Assembly: GCA_051252375.1 (NCBI GenBank)
Contig: JBPOFY010000004.1
Location: 160,001 to 224,000 of the forward strand
DNA from: Opitutaceae bacterium
Lineage (GTDB): Bacteria; Verrucomicrobiota; Verrucomicrobiia; Opitutales; Coraliomargaritaceae
Direction: 5' to 3'
DNA: 64,000 nucleotides
Shown here: positions 20,745 to 30,459 of the stretch, piece by piece
Layout of the letters: the number at the start of each line of letters is the position of its first letter
How positions within the stretch are numbered: position 1 is the stretch's first letter
Translations under genes and position numbers: made by a program
The notes under the pieces: model-generated
What the model was told of the DNA's origin: nothing
What the model saw: the letters and a program-made list of their open reading frames with translations, nothing else
Database searches by the model: none

Positions 20745-20825
20745 ATCTATAAGAATAAGCGTCCATCAGCGAAAATAAGCGGTCTCCATCTCTGCTGAAT
20801 TTCACCACCCGTTCATTTCGAGCAC

Positions 20826-20860
20826 AAAAAAACGCCTCCGTTTCGGGAGGCGTTTTGTTT
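20826..20860. terminator. Bidirectional intrinsic terminator between exbB-like gene and pgm
   Basis: AAAACGCCTCC-GTTTCG-GGAGGCGTTTT with A and T runs. Confidence 0.8.
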
Positions 20861-20877
20861 CAAGTATTTGCTCTCAA

Positions 20878-22842
20878 TTACGCTTCGGCGCGTTCGCGAG
20901 CGTCGGCGTCGATGGCTTTGAGCATGCTTTGCATGACTTCAGCAGCCTTAGCCTTCACCGCATCGATCTCTTCTGGATCGGTCAGGTCGGAGCGACCGAA
21001 GACATAGAACTTAATCTTCGGTTCGGTGCCAGAACCGCGAACCGCGAAACTGTAACCGTTGCTCAGTTCAAGGAAGTAGAAATCTTGCGGTGGGATCTTC
21101 GCGCCGTCGGCATCGATAATTTCATCCTTACCAAAATCAGTGAAACCGGAAACTTCGACATCGCCAAATGCTTTCGGTGGATTCGAACGGTAAGACTCTA
21201 AGATATTTGCGATCTTCTGACTACCGGCAGCGCCTTCGTAGTAGATGTTGATCGTCTTCTCTTCATAGTATCCATGTTGTAGATACAAACTATCGAGGTA
21301 TTCAGGGAAGGTCATGTCTTGCGCCTTCAAGAAGGCCGCCACTTCGCAGAACATAATGACTGCGGCATTGGCATCCTTATCGCGCAACTTATCCGTAGCG
21401 AGGTAACCATAGCTTTCTTCACCACCGAACACAAAGTATGTGGAGTAATCGAGCATGAGGTCTGCCTTGGTCCAGATGTCGCAAGCATCATAATCGAGTG
21501 CTAGCCCCTCCTTTTCGAAGAGATTAGCTTTCATCTTGGCTTCGTAGCCAGCGAGCTTTTCGCCGATCCATTTGAAACCAGTCAAAGTATTGATCGTCTT
21601 GAGACCGTGCCATGATGCGACCGCTTCTTGCATAGGGCTGGTGACGAAAGTCTTGATCAGCACTGCGTTTTCGCCGCCGTCTTCAGGAATGATTTCAGCG
21701 TCCTTCAAAGTGGAGATGCGATACTCGGCTAGAATCGTTCCGATCTGGTTACCAGTGAGCAGCACCATTTCGCCAGCGCGGTTACGCACGGCAACCCCCA
21801 TGCGGTCAGCATCGGGGTCTGTGGCAACAACGACATCAGCACCGACTTCATTCGCCTTAGCGATACCCATCGCAAGTGCTTCAGCATTTTCAGGATTGGG
21901 TGACTTCACGGTCGGGAAACGTGGATCGATGATCGACTGCTCGGGCACTTCGACCACTTCAACACCTAGATCTCTTAGCGCTGGAACAGAGCTAATCGCG
22001 CCGGTTCCGTGAATCGGAGTGAAGACAATCTTCGGTGCTTGAGCGGACATTACTTCGTCATCCACCACCATCTCGCGAAGGAGTTCTAGATATTGCTGAT
22101 CATCTTTCTCACCGAGTGATATGACTGGAGCTAGATCAATATCAAGGAAAGCGGGAAGCTCTTCAAGTTTCACTTGGTTGACCAAATCAACGATGCTTTC
22201 TGCGTGCGGCGAAACGACTTGGGCGCCGTCTTCGAAATAAACTTTAAAACCATTGTCATGCGGCGGGTTGTGGCTGGCAGTGATCACCGCGCCACATGTC
22301 GCCTTGTTTTGACGCACTGCGAAACTGAGCTGTGGGGTCGAGCGTGGGCCTTCAAAGATCATAGCCTGACCGCCGAGCTTGCACCAAGTGGATGCGGCAA
22401 GCTCACAGAAGTGACGCGAAAAGTGACGCACGTCGTGTGCGATGACGAAGCGTGGCAAATCGTGGCGACCATTGTCGTCTAGATATTTCTTCACATAACG
22501 GAAGAGACCGATCGTTGCGCGAACGAGGTTGAAGTCGTTCAATACATTTGAGCCAACCGCGGCGTTTGCCGGCGAGCCTTGCTCGGAAAGTGTGCCCGTT
22601 TCAGCGGCAGTGCTGACACGACCAATCGTGCGACCGCGAATGCCACCAGTGCCGAAAGCAAGGCTTTGATAGAAACGGTCGTTCAACTCGTCCCACTCTT
22701 CTTTTTCGACGAGCTCGGCAATACTCTCACCGGTCCATGCAGGAAGAAAATCGGCACTCGCCCAGGTTTTCAAGTTAGCGACGGTGCTCTCAAGGAGGGA
22801 GCCATTGGCTCCTGCGGCTTCAATTTTTTCGATTACGCTCAT
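20878..22842 (-). CDS. pgm: Phosphoglucomutase/phosphomannomutase
   Basis: FGTGGIRG, ITASHNP, DPDADR, GEES, RGSGTEPKIK. Confidence 0.93.
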   Translation of the reverse strand: MSVIEKIEAAGANGSLLESTVANLKTWASADFLPAWTGESIAELVEKEEWDELNDRFYQSLAFGTGGIRGRTIGRVSTAAETGTLSEQGSPANAAVGSNVLNDFNLVRATIGLFRYVKKYLDDNGRHDLPRFVIAHDVRHFSRHFCELAASTWCKLGGQAMIFEGPRSTPQLSFAVRQNKATCGAVITASHNPPHDNGFKVYFEDGAQVVSPHAESIVDLVNQVKLEELPAFLDIDLAPVISLGEKDDQQYLELLREMVVDDEVMSAQAPKIVFTPIHGTGAISSVPALRDLGVEVVEVPEQSIIDPRFPTVKSPNPENAEALAMGIAKANEVGADVVVATDPDADRMGVAVRNRAGEMVLLTGNQIGTILAEYRISTLKDAEIIPEDGGENAVLIKTFVTSPMQEAVASWHGLKTINTLTGFKWIGEKLAGYEAKMKANLFEKEGLALDYDACDIWTKADLMLDYSTYFVFGGEESYGYLATDKLRDKDANAAVIMFCEVAAFLKAQDMTFPEYLDSLYLQHGYYEEKTINIYYEGAAGSQKIANILESYRSNPPKAFGDVEVSGFTDFGKDEIIDADGAKIPPQDFYFLELSNGYSFAVRGSGTEPKIKFYVFGRSDLTDPEEIDAVKAKAAEVMQSMLKAIDADARERAEA

Positions 22843-22890
22843 GTATATGAATTTGGAATGATGGTTTTAGAAATTAGAATTAGAATTTAG

Positions 22891-24324
22891 TTATGCAATG
22901 ATCGTGCCGTCTTTGACTGCCGGCTTTGCTTCAAGCGCAGACCATTGTGCGATGAAGTCCGCTTCGTCAGCTGCGAAGCGTGGGCTGATCTCGAAATTAA
23001 TCGACGGTAGCCCGGTATCATCGGTCGCAATACTTTCACCGGCGGCATTCAGCCAACGTGCAAACATGCGCAACTGATCTTCCTTACATGTCTTGGGCGA
23101 ATCGACACCTTCGGCATTTTTGACAGGACTGAAATCATCCGCACGGGCGGCTTCGATAATAACCGGATTGTTCGCAAGCGGCAACGCGTCGAAAACGAAC
23201 ATCTCAAATTTCACGCCATTGGGTGCTTCGGGCTTATTGGTATTACCATCCGCATCAACGCATGGAATCTTCTTATCCGCACGGTGGAACGGTAACTTCA
23301 CGCCCTCGCCAGAGCCACCAGCACGTTCGATGAAATCGCGGTCGAACACGTGAATGGCGACACTGCCACCATTGAAACGGATCGAGCCATCTGCCTTGGT
23401 TTCTTCCTGCATCGCGTCCGGCATGTCGCTGTATTCGACAACCAGCGCTTTACCGGCTTGCACGCAGAAGTGCCCAACCTTCTCGAGAGCGTATGCCTTC
23501 GGCACCATTTTGCTCGATAGTTCGGACTGCCCGAGCACGTGAAACCCAATAAACGCAGGGTCAATGCACTGGATAATCGGATTATCAACTTGGAAATAAC
23601 TGATGATGTCGACACCCAGCGCCTTCATCGTGTCGACCGCACCGCTACGGACCAGCGCGCGGAGCGAACCACCGTGACCATCTGGTGTCATCGCGATCTT
23701 ACCTTTTTCTGCAAGAAGGATCTTACCGGCGTAGTCCACCGCCGGGACGAGGCCCTGAACGATGAAATGAACGGAATCTTTCTTAAGACCAAAGTAATCA
23801 GCAGCTTCAAAAGCGGCGACGGTGGCATCGTTGTTGATTTCACTGGTCAAAATGAACCAAGGAATGGTCACACCAAAGCGTTCGCCGGAACGGGCGATTT
23901 TTTCGGCAAAGACCTGAAAGAGTGTTTTTGAGCTGACCGGAGACACTGGGTAAGTGCCCTTGGGGCCATCGTAACCGAGACGCGTGCCTTGACCGCCTGC
24001 GACGGTGAAAGCAGCCACTCGCCCAGCTTGGATCGCAGTAGAACCCGCCTCCAAAGCAGCGGTCCATTGCGCCGCATCACCACCATCCGATGGGAGCGCG
24101 GTGTAAGGCGCTGGCTCTAGCCCATCTAGGTTCAGCGCAGTCTCATGACTCCCGAGCACATGCTCTTCGACCAGTGAAGCCACCTCAGCGAGGTCGATGG
24201 TTGCAGCCTGAGCGAGCAGCTTTGCCTGAGCAGCGGCGTCTAATTGCTCGAAAAAGGCAAATACCTGACCTTGGCCAGCGGCTTTAAACGATTCGATAAG
24301 AGGTGTGGAGTCGGAACTTGTCAT
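22891..24324 (-). CDS. UDPGP type-1 family nucleotidyltransferase (UAP1-like UDP-N-acetylglucosamine/UDP-sugar pyrophosphorylase)
   Basis: VAGGQGTRLG..GPKG, PDGHGG, QVDN, VEYSD, KFEMFVFD, FSPVKN. Start taken at MTSSD. Confidence 0.88.
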   Translation of the reverse strand: MTSSDSTPLIESFKAAGQGQVFAFFEQLDAAAQAKLLAQAATIDLAEVASLVEEHVLGSHETALNLDGLEPAPYTALPSDGGDAAQWTAALEAGSTAIQAGRVAAFTVAGGQGTRLGYDGPKGTYPVSPVSSKTLFQVFAEKIARSGERFGVTIPWFILTSEINNDATVAAFEAADYFGLKKDSVHFIVQGLVPAVDYAGKILLAEKGKIAMTPDGHGGSLRALVRSGAVDTMKALGVDIISYFQVDNPIIQCIDPAFIGFHVLGQSELSSKMVPKAYALEKVGHFCVQAGKALVVEYSDMPDAMQEETKADGSIRFNGGSVAIHVFDRDFIERAGGSGEGVKLPFHRADKKIPCVDADGNTNKPEAPNGVKFEMFVFDALPLANNPVIIEAARADDFSPVKNAEGVDSPKTCKEDQLRMFARWLNAAGESIATDDTGLPSINFEISPRFAADEADFIAQWSALEAKPAVKDGTIIA

Positions 24325-24429
24325 AATAAGGGCACAATTCCATAGACCGCTAACGATAAAATGCAAACTTCGATCCAATCGGGGCGTAAAATCATGGTTA
24401 AAAGTGCACGTATGCCCCTGTCGCCCCCA

Positions 24430-24735
24430 TCAATCGTCCTCCGAAAAGCGGAAGAGCAACTCATCCGGCCGCGAGTATCCTAGCCGTTCGCGCACCACTC
24501 GCTCCAAGAATTCAGGGTCCTCCAGCAGACGAGCCATATAGGCTTCCTTCTGCTCAAACTCTTTTCGAGCTTGTGTGAGCTTCGCCTCAATCATAATTTC
24601 ACGGGCTCTAAAGTTCTTATACTCGCGATATGTCTGCAGAATGAGGCTACTAAAAAAGATAACCAGCACGATTAACATGCCCAATAACATGAGCAAGATA
24701 ACACGTTCTTTGCGCTGTGCAGATTCCTTTGACAT
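24430..24735 (-). CDS. Septum formation initiator (FtsB/DivIC family)
   Basis: One transmembrane helix, coiled coil, DPEFLERVVRERLGYSRPDE. Confidence 0.8.
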   Translation of the reverse strand: MSKESAQRKERVILLMLLGMLIVLVIFFSSLILQTYREYKNFRAREIMIEAKLTQARKEFEQKEAYMARLLEDPEFLERVVRERLGYSRPDELLFRFSEDD

Positions 24736-24811
24736 CAAGCCCAACAAAGAAGGTCATTTTAACCCGATTGGAAAGGGTAATTTCCTCTTCCTGTAGAAGA
24801 TCTCCAAATCT

Positions 24812-25630
24812 ATGTATCAAGATTACTTCGGTTTTTCGGAAATGCCCTTCCATGTGACGCCTAATCCGCGTTTCCTTTTCCTCAGTCCTACCCACGAGGA
24901 GGCCCTGCAACACCTGCGCTACGGGATCGAAGACAAAAAGGGCTTCATCGTCCTGACTGGCGAGGTCGGCTGTGGCAAAACCACTCTCTGCCGCAAGCTG
25001 CTCGAAGAGCTCGAAGCCAACGAGATGTGCGACACTGCCCTACTGCTCAACCCCCGCATCTCAGAGACGCAGCTACTGAAGGGTATCATGAAAGAGCTGG
25101 GCGAGGAAAGCAAAGCGCGCTCCAAGAACGACCTGCTCGACAAGATGAATGACATCCTGCTCGATCGTATCGAGAAAGGCCGCGAGATCGTGGTCATCAT
25201 CGACGAGGCGCAAAACCTCTCCTTCGAAGTCATGGAAATGCTCCGCATGCTCTCTAATCTAGAGACCTACGACCAGAAGCTCCTCCAAATCATTCTCATG
25301 GGGCAGCCCGAGCTCACTGCCAAGCTCCGCGAAGATCGCCTCCGCCAGTTTCGTCAGCGCGTGCTCGTCCACTACGACCTCAAGCAGCTCAATGCCACCG
25401 AGGTCCACCTCTATATACTGCACCGTCTCTCTCTCGCAGGCAGCAACGGACGCCCGCAGTTTACCCGCCGCGCACTCAAGCTCGTGGCCAAAGGCAGCCT
25501 CGGCATACCTCGCATGATTAATAACATCTGCGACAAAGCCCTCCTCTCCGCTTTCATACGCAACGGCGACGAAGTCAATTGGTGGGATGTCCGCAAAGCA
25601 CTCAAAGACATCAATCGATTGCACAAATAA
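24812..25630 (+). CDS. ExeA/GspA-like secretion-associated AAA ATPase (short form)
   Basis: MYQDYFGFSEMPF, Walker A GEVGCGKT, Walker B IIDEAQNL, GQPEL, GIPRMINNICD. Confidence 0.88.
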   Translation: MYQDYFGFSEMPFHVTPNPRFLFLSPTHEEALQHLRYGIEDKKGFIVLTGEVGCGKTTLCRKLLEELEANEMCDTALLLNPRISETQLLKGIMKELGEESKARSKNDLLDKMNDILLDRIEKGREIVVIIDEAQNLSFEVMEMLRMLSNLETYDQKLLQIILMGQPELTAKLREDRLRQFRQRVLVHYDLKQLNATEVHLYILHRLSLAGSNGRPQFTRRALKLVAKGSLGIPRMINNICDKALLSAFIRNGDEVNWWDVRKALKDINRLHK

Positions 25631-25710
25631 ATGACTAATCACTCATAGCTAATTTATTAGCCATTATCACGTCCCAGCATTTCAGCTTTCAGTATTTCAG
25701 CTTTTTAATA

Positions 25711-26424
25711 ATGTCTCTCATAAACCAAGCACTTCGCAAAGCCCAGCGCGACCGCACACCCAACCGCATGGCGCAACCGGGTCAACCCGGTCAAGCACCC
25801 ATGGGTCCAAGCGGCTCAAGCAATCAGATGAAACCTGGTCTCATCGTCGGTCTCATTGCGGTCGTCGCCCTACTGATCGGCGTCATCGCAGGGCTCACCA
25901 TCGTCGTCTTTAAAAGCGATGCCCCGACAACTACCACCGCAGCCGCGCCAGCAGAAACCATCACCCCAGCGCCGCCGGTAGAAACCACAACACCGATCGC
26001 ACCAGCGCAGACACCTCTTGCTGCAGCTCCAACCGTTGCTCCAACTCCAGCTGTCGAAAACAATCACACCCAGAGCCCCAGCGTGCTCGGAGAACTTCAA
26101 ATTGCCCGCGAAGCGGCCGAGGCAAAAGCCGCAGCCGAAGCAAAAATCGCCAAAGCAGCCGAGGACGCACGCCTCGCCGCCGAAGCTGAAGCAGCCCGCC
26201 TCGCGGCAGCCCAGCCAAGCAATGATATCATCGACTGGCTCAGCCAAGCCAAGGTCACTGGTGTCCGCCTTTCAGAATCCGGCAGTAAAGTCATACTCAA
26301 CGGCAAAGCCTACTCCGTCGGTGAAACCGTCCACTACGGCCTCGGCCTCAAAGTGCTCGTCGTCCAAGAGCAACGCATCCTCTTTATCGACAACAACGGC
26401 AAGAAATACATGAAGCGCCTGTAG
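25711..26424 (+). CDS. ExeB/GspB-like membrane protein
   Basis: MSLINQALRKAQ start, one transmembrane helix, Pro/Ala-rich linker, C-terminal beta domain (VILNGKAYSVGE). Confidence 0.7.
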   Translation: MSLINQALRKAQRDRTPNRMAQPGQPGQAPMGPSGSSNQMKPGLIVGLIAVVALLIGVIAGLTIVVFKSDAPTTTTAAAPAETITPAPPVETTTPIAPAQTPLAAAPTVAPTPAVENNHTQSPSVLGELQIAREAAEAKAAAEAKIAKAAEDARLAAEAEAARLAAAQPSNDIIDWLSQAKVTGVRLSESGSKVILNGKAYSVGETVHYGLGLKVLVVQEQRILFIDNNGKKYMKRL

Positions 26425-26471
26425 CTGGTAGGTCTCACACGGAGGCACGCAGCGACTCTGATCGACTAAAC

Positions 26472-26537
26472 CCCGTTGCAAAGCAACGAGGCCACGGAAA
26501 GCCACTTTTGCTTGTAGCCTCGAAGCTCAGCTTCGGG
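26472..26537. repeat. Pair of divergent GTAG/GTGG-family REP-like units
   Basis: Minus 26472-26495 GTGGCCTCGTTGC-TTT-GCAACGGG. Plus 26514-26537 GTAGCCTCGAAGC-TCA-GCTTCGGG. Confidence 0.65.
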
Positions 26538-26586
26538 CAGCCTCTCCTCTCTCCCCGTTTTCCATCTTACTCTCCGTGCCATGCAT

Positions 26587-26619
26587 AAAAAAAACCCACG
26601 GCTTACACCGTAGGTTTTT
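26587..26619 (-). terminator. Intrinsic terminator of the HU gene
   Basis: AAAAACCCACGG-CTTACA-CCGTAGGTTTTT. Confidence 0.7.
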
Positions 26620-26643
26620 GAAATCTATTGAGTGGGGAAACTC

Positions 26644-26919
26644 TTAGAGGATGGCTTTGAGGCCAGCACCTGCTTTGAACTTCACTGACTTGGAAGCTTT
26701 GATGCGGATCTTTTCACGAGTTTGTGGGTTGATGCCATCACGAGCTGCGCGCTTAGTTACGGAAAATGTGCCGAAACCGATAAGTTGAACGTTTTTGTCC
26801 TTCTTGATACCCTTTTTCACACCTTCGAGAACGGCTTCAATCGAACGTTCTGCTGCTGCTTTGGATGTATCTTTACCGAGGGATTTTTGCACTTCTGCAA
26901 TAAGTTCTGCTTTGTTCAT
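26644..26919 (-). CDS. hup: DNA-binding protein HU
   Basis: MNKAELI, VQLIGFGTF, RAARDGINPQT, KFKAG. Confidence 0.95.
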   Translation of the reverse strand: MNKAELIAEVQKSLGKDTSKAAAERSIEAVLEGVKKGIKKDKNVQLIGFGTFSVTKRAARDGINPQTREKIRIKASKSVKFKAGAGLKAIL

Positions 26920-27042
26920 AGATATTATATTTTTGTTGAGGTTGTATGGTCACTTGACCGCCTATGAGAAGACGTTTGAAAAAATGGATCGTCAATAGAA
27001 AATCCGCGTTAAACCCTATTTTTTAGCAGGTTTAAGCCGTAT

Positions 27043-27273
27043 TTATGACTGCGATTCGCTCTCATAGCCGGACCCATCGCCACTACGCGCTTGAACCACC
27101 TGTTTCAATAGGGTCTCCGTGGCCTCCACTAACGAAATTTTTCGCTCTTCCGCAATTTGTGCGGCACGTTTCAAAAGCTGCGCAGCCATCACTTTTGCTT
27201 GCGCGGCATCGGCTCCTAAATTGACAAAAAGTTGAGTCACTCCGTCGAGTGTTGCGTCCTCCGATTCGCTCAT
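27043..27273 (-). CDS. Small hypothetical protein coupled to ygfZ
   Basis: 4-nt overlap with the ygfZ stop. Helical, protein-like sequence. Confidence 0.65.
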   Translation of the reverse strand: MSESEDATLDGVTQLFVNLGADAAQAKVMAAQLLKRAAQIAEERKISLVEATETLLKQVVQARSGDGSGYESESQS

Positions 27274-28199
27274 CCCTCGCCTCCTTTCAAATCACGAAAA
27301 ACTCGCTCAACCAAAACAGTTCCCGCATCCGAGGAAAGCGTATCGCCGACACCCGCAAATCGATGCTTCAAAATCGCCACACCGAGCCAGCCACTATCCG
27401 ACACAACAGCTGATCGCAGCTCACCCACCGCCTTCTTTTCGCTATTATATATAGGGAGCGGACATTCCGGCGCGGCCCCCGCGCCAGAAACTGCAAACAA
27501 GGTGCGTTGCGGACGACCTACATTGTGCATCCGCGCGACCACTTCCTGGCCGAGGTAGCAGCCCTTGGTAAACGAGATCGCATCCAGCTCCATGCCGCCC
27601 TCACCGGGCATATCCGCGGGACCGATGTCGACCGGAACCAGCGGCACACCTGCCGCCATACGCTCCAGTTCCATCTGCTCGCGGGTAAGCATCGCCACGC
27701 CCTGCGCGGATAGCACTGCCCGCACTCGATCGGCCGCAGCCGCATCGAGACAAAGCAGTTCCACACTTGGAGTCTTCGAACGACGCCCCAAACAAACAAT
27801 TATTTGCTCAGCCTGAACAAATTGCCCCTTCGTAGGAACGGAAAGATTCAGTGCCGCCAAGACCGGTTCAAAAGCACCGACCAAGGCAAAGCCCACAAGC
27901 GCCTCCCCAGTCTCAATCACCACATCGTCTGCAATGATGTGCCGCTCCAGCTTCTCCACAAGCGCGGCCGCCTCGGAAGTTTCACTGATCAATCGAAACG
28001 ACTCCTCGCCCTCGCAGAGCACCGTGCTATCTGCGATCACTTTGCCCTTCACATCCAACCAAAGACCATAGGTTGCGCGCCCGGCTTCAAAAGGTCGCAG
28101 TTCATTCGTGAACTGACTCTGCAAAAAATCCGCCGCATCCTCATCCGATACCAGAAGGTGCGTGCGTGTCGTGTATTCGTATCCAAAAACTGATTCCAT
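27270..28199 (-). CDS. ygfZ: Folate-binding protein YgfZ (GcvT-like)
   Basis: Signature KGCYLGQE; DAADFLQSQFTN. Confidence 0.92.
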   Translation of the reverse strand: MESVFGYEYTTRTHLLVSDEDAADFLQSQFTNELRPFEAGRATYGLWLDVKGKVIADSTVLCEGEESFRLISETSEAAALVEKLERHIIADDVVIETGEALVGFALVGAFEPVLAALNLSVPTKGQFVQAEQIIVCLGRRSKTPSVELLCLDAAAADRVRAVLSAQGVAMLTREQMELERMAAGVPLVPVDIGPADMPGEGGMELDAISFTKGCYLGQEVVARMHNVGRPQRTLFAVSGAGAAPECPLPIYNSEKKAVGELRSAVVSDSGWLGVAILKHRFAGVGDTLSSDAGTVLVERVFRDLKGGEG

Positions 28200-28336
28200 T
28201 GCCTATGAGATACGCCCGCTTCAAGACGATTTCAACCCTACGATCTCAATCATAGTCTTAATCTTAATCCTAATCGAAGCGTCGACCCCAGTCGCCCATT
28301 GCCCGATCTCAAAAACCCAACACAGGACCCACAGAC

Positions 28337-28419
28337 TGGATGGCAATGCTCCGTCATTGCCGCAACGACCAAAGATAAGCCACAAACGTTCTGCGGTTGC
28401 GACGGAGCGCAGCCCTCCA
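28337..28419. repeat. GGAG-family REPIN-like element
   Basis: TGGATGGCAATGCTCCGTCATTGCCG ... CGGTTGCGACGGAGCGCAGCCCTCCA. Confidence 0.8.
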
Positions 28420-28457
28420 GTTCACGTGTCCGCAGTGAGTTCGTCCAACACTAGCGC

Positions 28458-28817
28458 CTATTCAAATGCGTGCCCTTCGGCGGTCTTAGTCCCACAATAG
28501 AAACAGGAACCTCGCTGCGTATTCGTTTTCCGTCCACAGTTCTTACAGCTCACAACCTGACCGCCGATCTTGCCATCGGCACTACCGTCACGCAGATCAA
28601 TTTCTAAGATCTTATTTTCCAACTCTTCGTCCGAAACCCCTAGCCGTTCTTGGACAATCTCCAAAAGGGCTTGAGAGACCAACGCCATCTTCTCTTGTTT
28701 CTTAATCAGCTTGTAATACGAGTCCTGCACCCGCGAAGCTTTCTCAGCAGCAGTGCCTGCTGTTCTCTCAGCTTGGTTTATTTTAGCGTATTGGTGTGCA
28801 TCAACGAAGAAGTCCAT
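28458..28817 (-). CDS. Hypothetical protein with coiled coil and C-terminal zinc ribbon
   Basis: IDLRDGSADGK followed by CKNC...CFYCG. Start taken at MDFFVD. Confidence 0.7.
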   Translation of the reverse strand: MDFFVDAHQYAKINQAERTAGTAAEKASRVQDSYYKLIKKQEKMALVSQALLEIVQERLGVSDEELENKILEIDLRDGSADGKIGGQVVSCKNCGRKTNTQRGSCFYCGTKTAEGHAFE

Positions 28818-28873
28818 AAGTGTATTTTTTAAGTGTAGAATGTGGAAATCATCAGCGAGCTGAGCGAGTGCGA

Positions 28874-29935
28874 TCAAGGCCTAATCTCTACAGTATTTGT
28901 GAGCAGAGGAGCGCCGCTCTTTGCGGAGAGCAATTGCATCTTGATCAAACGCTCTTCCCAATTGATTTCCAACCAGCCAAAATGTGGCTGATCGATGAGT
29001 TCTCCGACCCGTAGGCTGTTGTCTTCTTTGCCGGGATAGCAGGCGTTAAAACTACTGGCTGTAAGATCGAACAACGGGCGTTCGCTGGCAGGATTCAGAA
29101 CAGAAAACTCACCGCGATGCCGGTCACCTGACAAGAATACAGTGGTCCCTTTTGTTTCACTGATGACACGAAGCAGTCGCTCCCGGTCATCAGGAAACAT
29201 CCCCCATCGCCTCCACGAATGTTCATTGGAAAGCACTTGAATTCCAGATCCCACGATACGGACTTCAGCTTCACTCTTGAGCTGTGCTTCAAACCATTTC
29301 CATTGCTCTTCGCCCATCAGTGTTTTTCCCGGCTGTGGTGCAAACTGTTCCTTTCTTGACCCTTCCTGAAACGGATCGCGAAATCGCTGTAAGTCCAACA
29401 TGATTACTTGAACGCGATGGGGTTCCTCACCAAAAATCCATGCTCCGTAAATACCGCTCCGCGAGCGACGAACATCTGTTTTTTGAATCGAAAAATGGTC
29501 AAGAAACAGTTGCTCGGACTCCTCTGCATGAGGATGTAGTCGACCAGGATATTTATCCCCATAGTCGTGGTTATCCCAAGTTGGGAACGTAGGGATCTTC
29601 TGGCGAAAAGCGCCATACTGGGGAATAGCCGCCAATCCATCGTAGGCTTTTTTCAAACGCACCGGATCTGAGGTGTTCCCATAGTGATTGTCTCCCAGCA
29701 GCAGCATAATGTCAGGCTCCTGGACTCGAATCACATCCCAAAAGCCTTGATCCCGCTTAGGTTTGTTGCACGAACCGAACGCAATCTGGCGAATCGACTG
29801 GTCTGCATAAATTCCATCTGCCAGAAATTCGGCTGATGGCTCAGAGGGCTGATTCTCAGCCATCCCAGAACAGGGCACAGTCATGACTGAGAGAATTCCT
29901 AGGCTTAATACTTTTGTCAGAATGTAATTAAACAT
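28874..29935 (-). CDS. phoD: PhoD-family alkaline phosphatase
   Basis: IAFGSC, LGDNHY, WDNHDY, GEEQW, LSGDRH. Confidence 0.88.
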   Translation of the reverse strand: MFNYILTKVLSLGILSVMTVPCSGMAENQPSEPSAEFLADGIYADQSIRQIAFGSCNKPKRDQGFWDVIRVQEPDIMLLLGDNHYGNTSDPVRLKKAYDGLAAIPQYGAFRQKIPTFPTWDNHDYGDKYPGRLHPHAEESEQLFLDHFSIQKTDVRRSRSGIYGAWIFGEEPHRVQVIMLDLQRFRDPFQEGSRKEQFAPQPGKTLMGEEQWKWFEAQLKSEAEVRIVGSGIQVLSNEHSWRRWGMFPDDRERLLRVISETKGTTVFLSGDRHRGEFSVLNPASERPLFDLTASSFNACYPGKEDNSLRVGELIDQPHFGWLEINWEERLIKMQLLSAKSGAPLLTNTVEIRP

Positions 29936-30143
29936 GGATTGCGTGTTTTTCGTATAACGTCGAAGATGGACCCGTCGTTAGACGTTGTCCAGTAGCGACT
30001 GCCTAGAGCGGGAAGGTATGACACAACTCATTCGCAATGATATATTCTATATTCTATATTCTAAGCAATCACTTCAGATTGCACACAGGACAGTTATTAA
30101 CGATGCATCTGGATATGCTACCACTTACAATAACACATGAAAG

Positions 30144-30219
<76 letters not shown>

Positions 30220-30459
30220 GATTGGAAAATGGGTAGCAAAAGGGTATTTCTACGCACGTCGAACAATTTCGCCGTTAATCCTAAATTCAGAAGTTGGAAG
30301 CTAGGAGTTAGCAGTTAGGGCATTATTATCAAGAGCTCACTATGGAAACATCCATCGCGAAATTGGCGAAAGTGCTCAAATTTACAAACCATTGCCTCTC
30401 AGTCACTAACTTCTAACTACTGTTTCCTAACTCCTCTTTTAAGGTTAAAGTAGGCGGAC

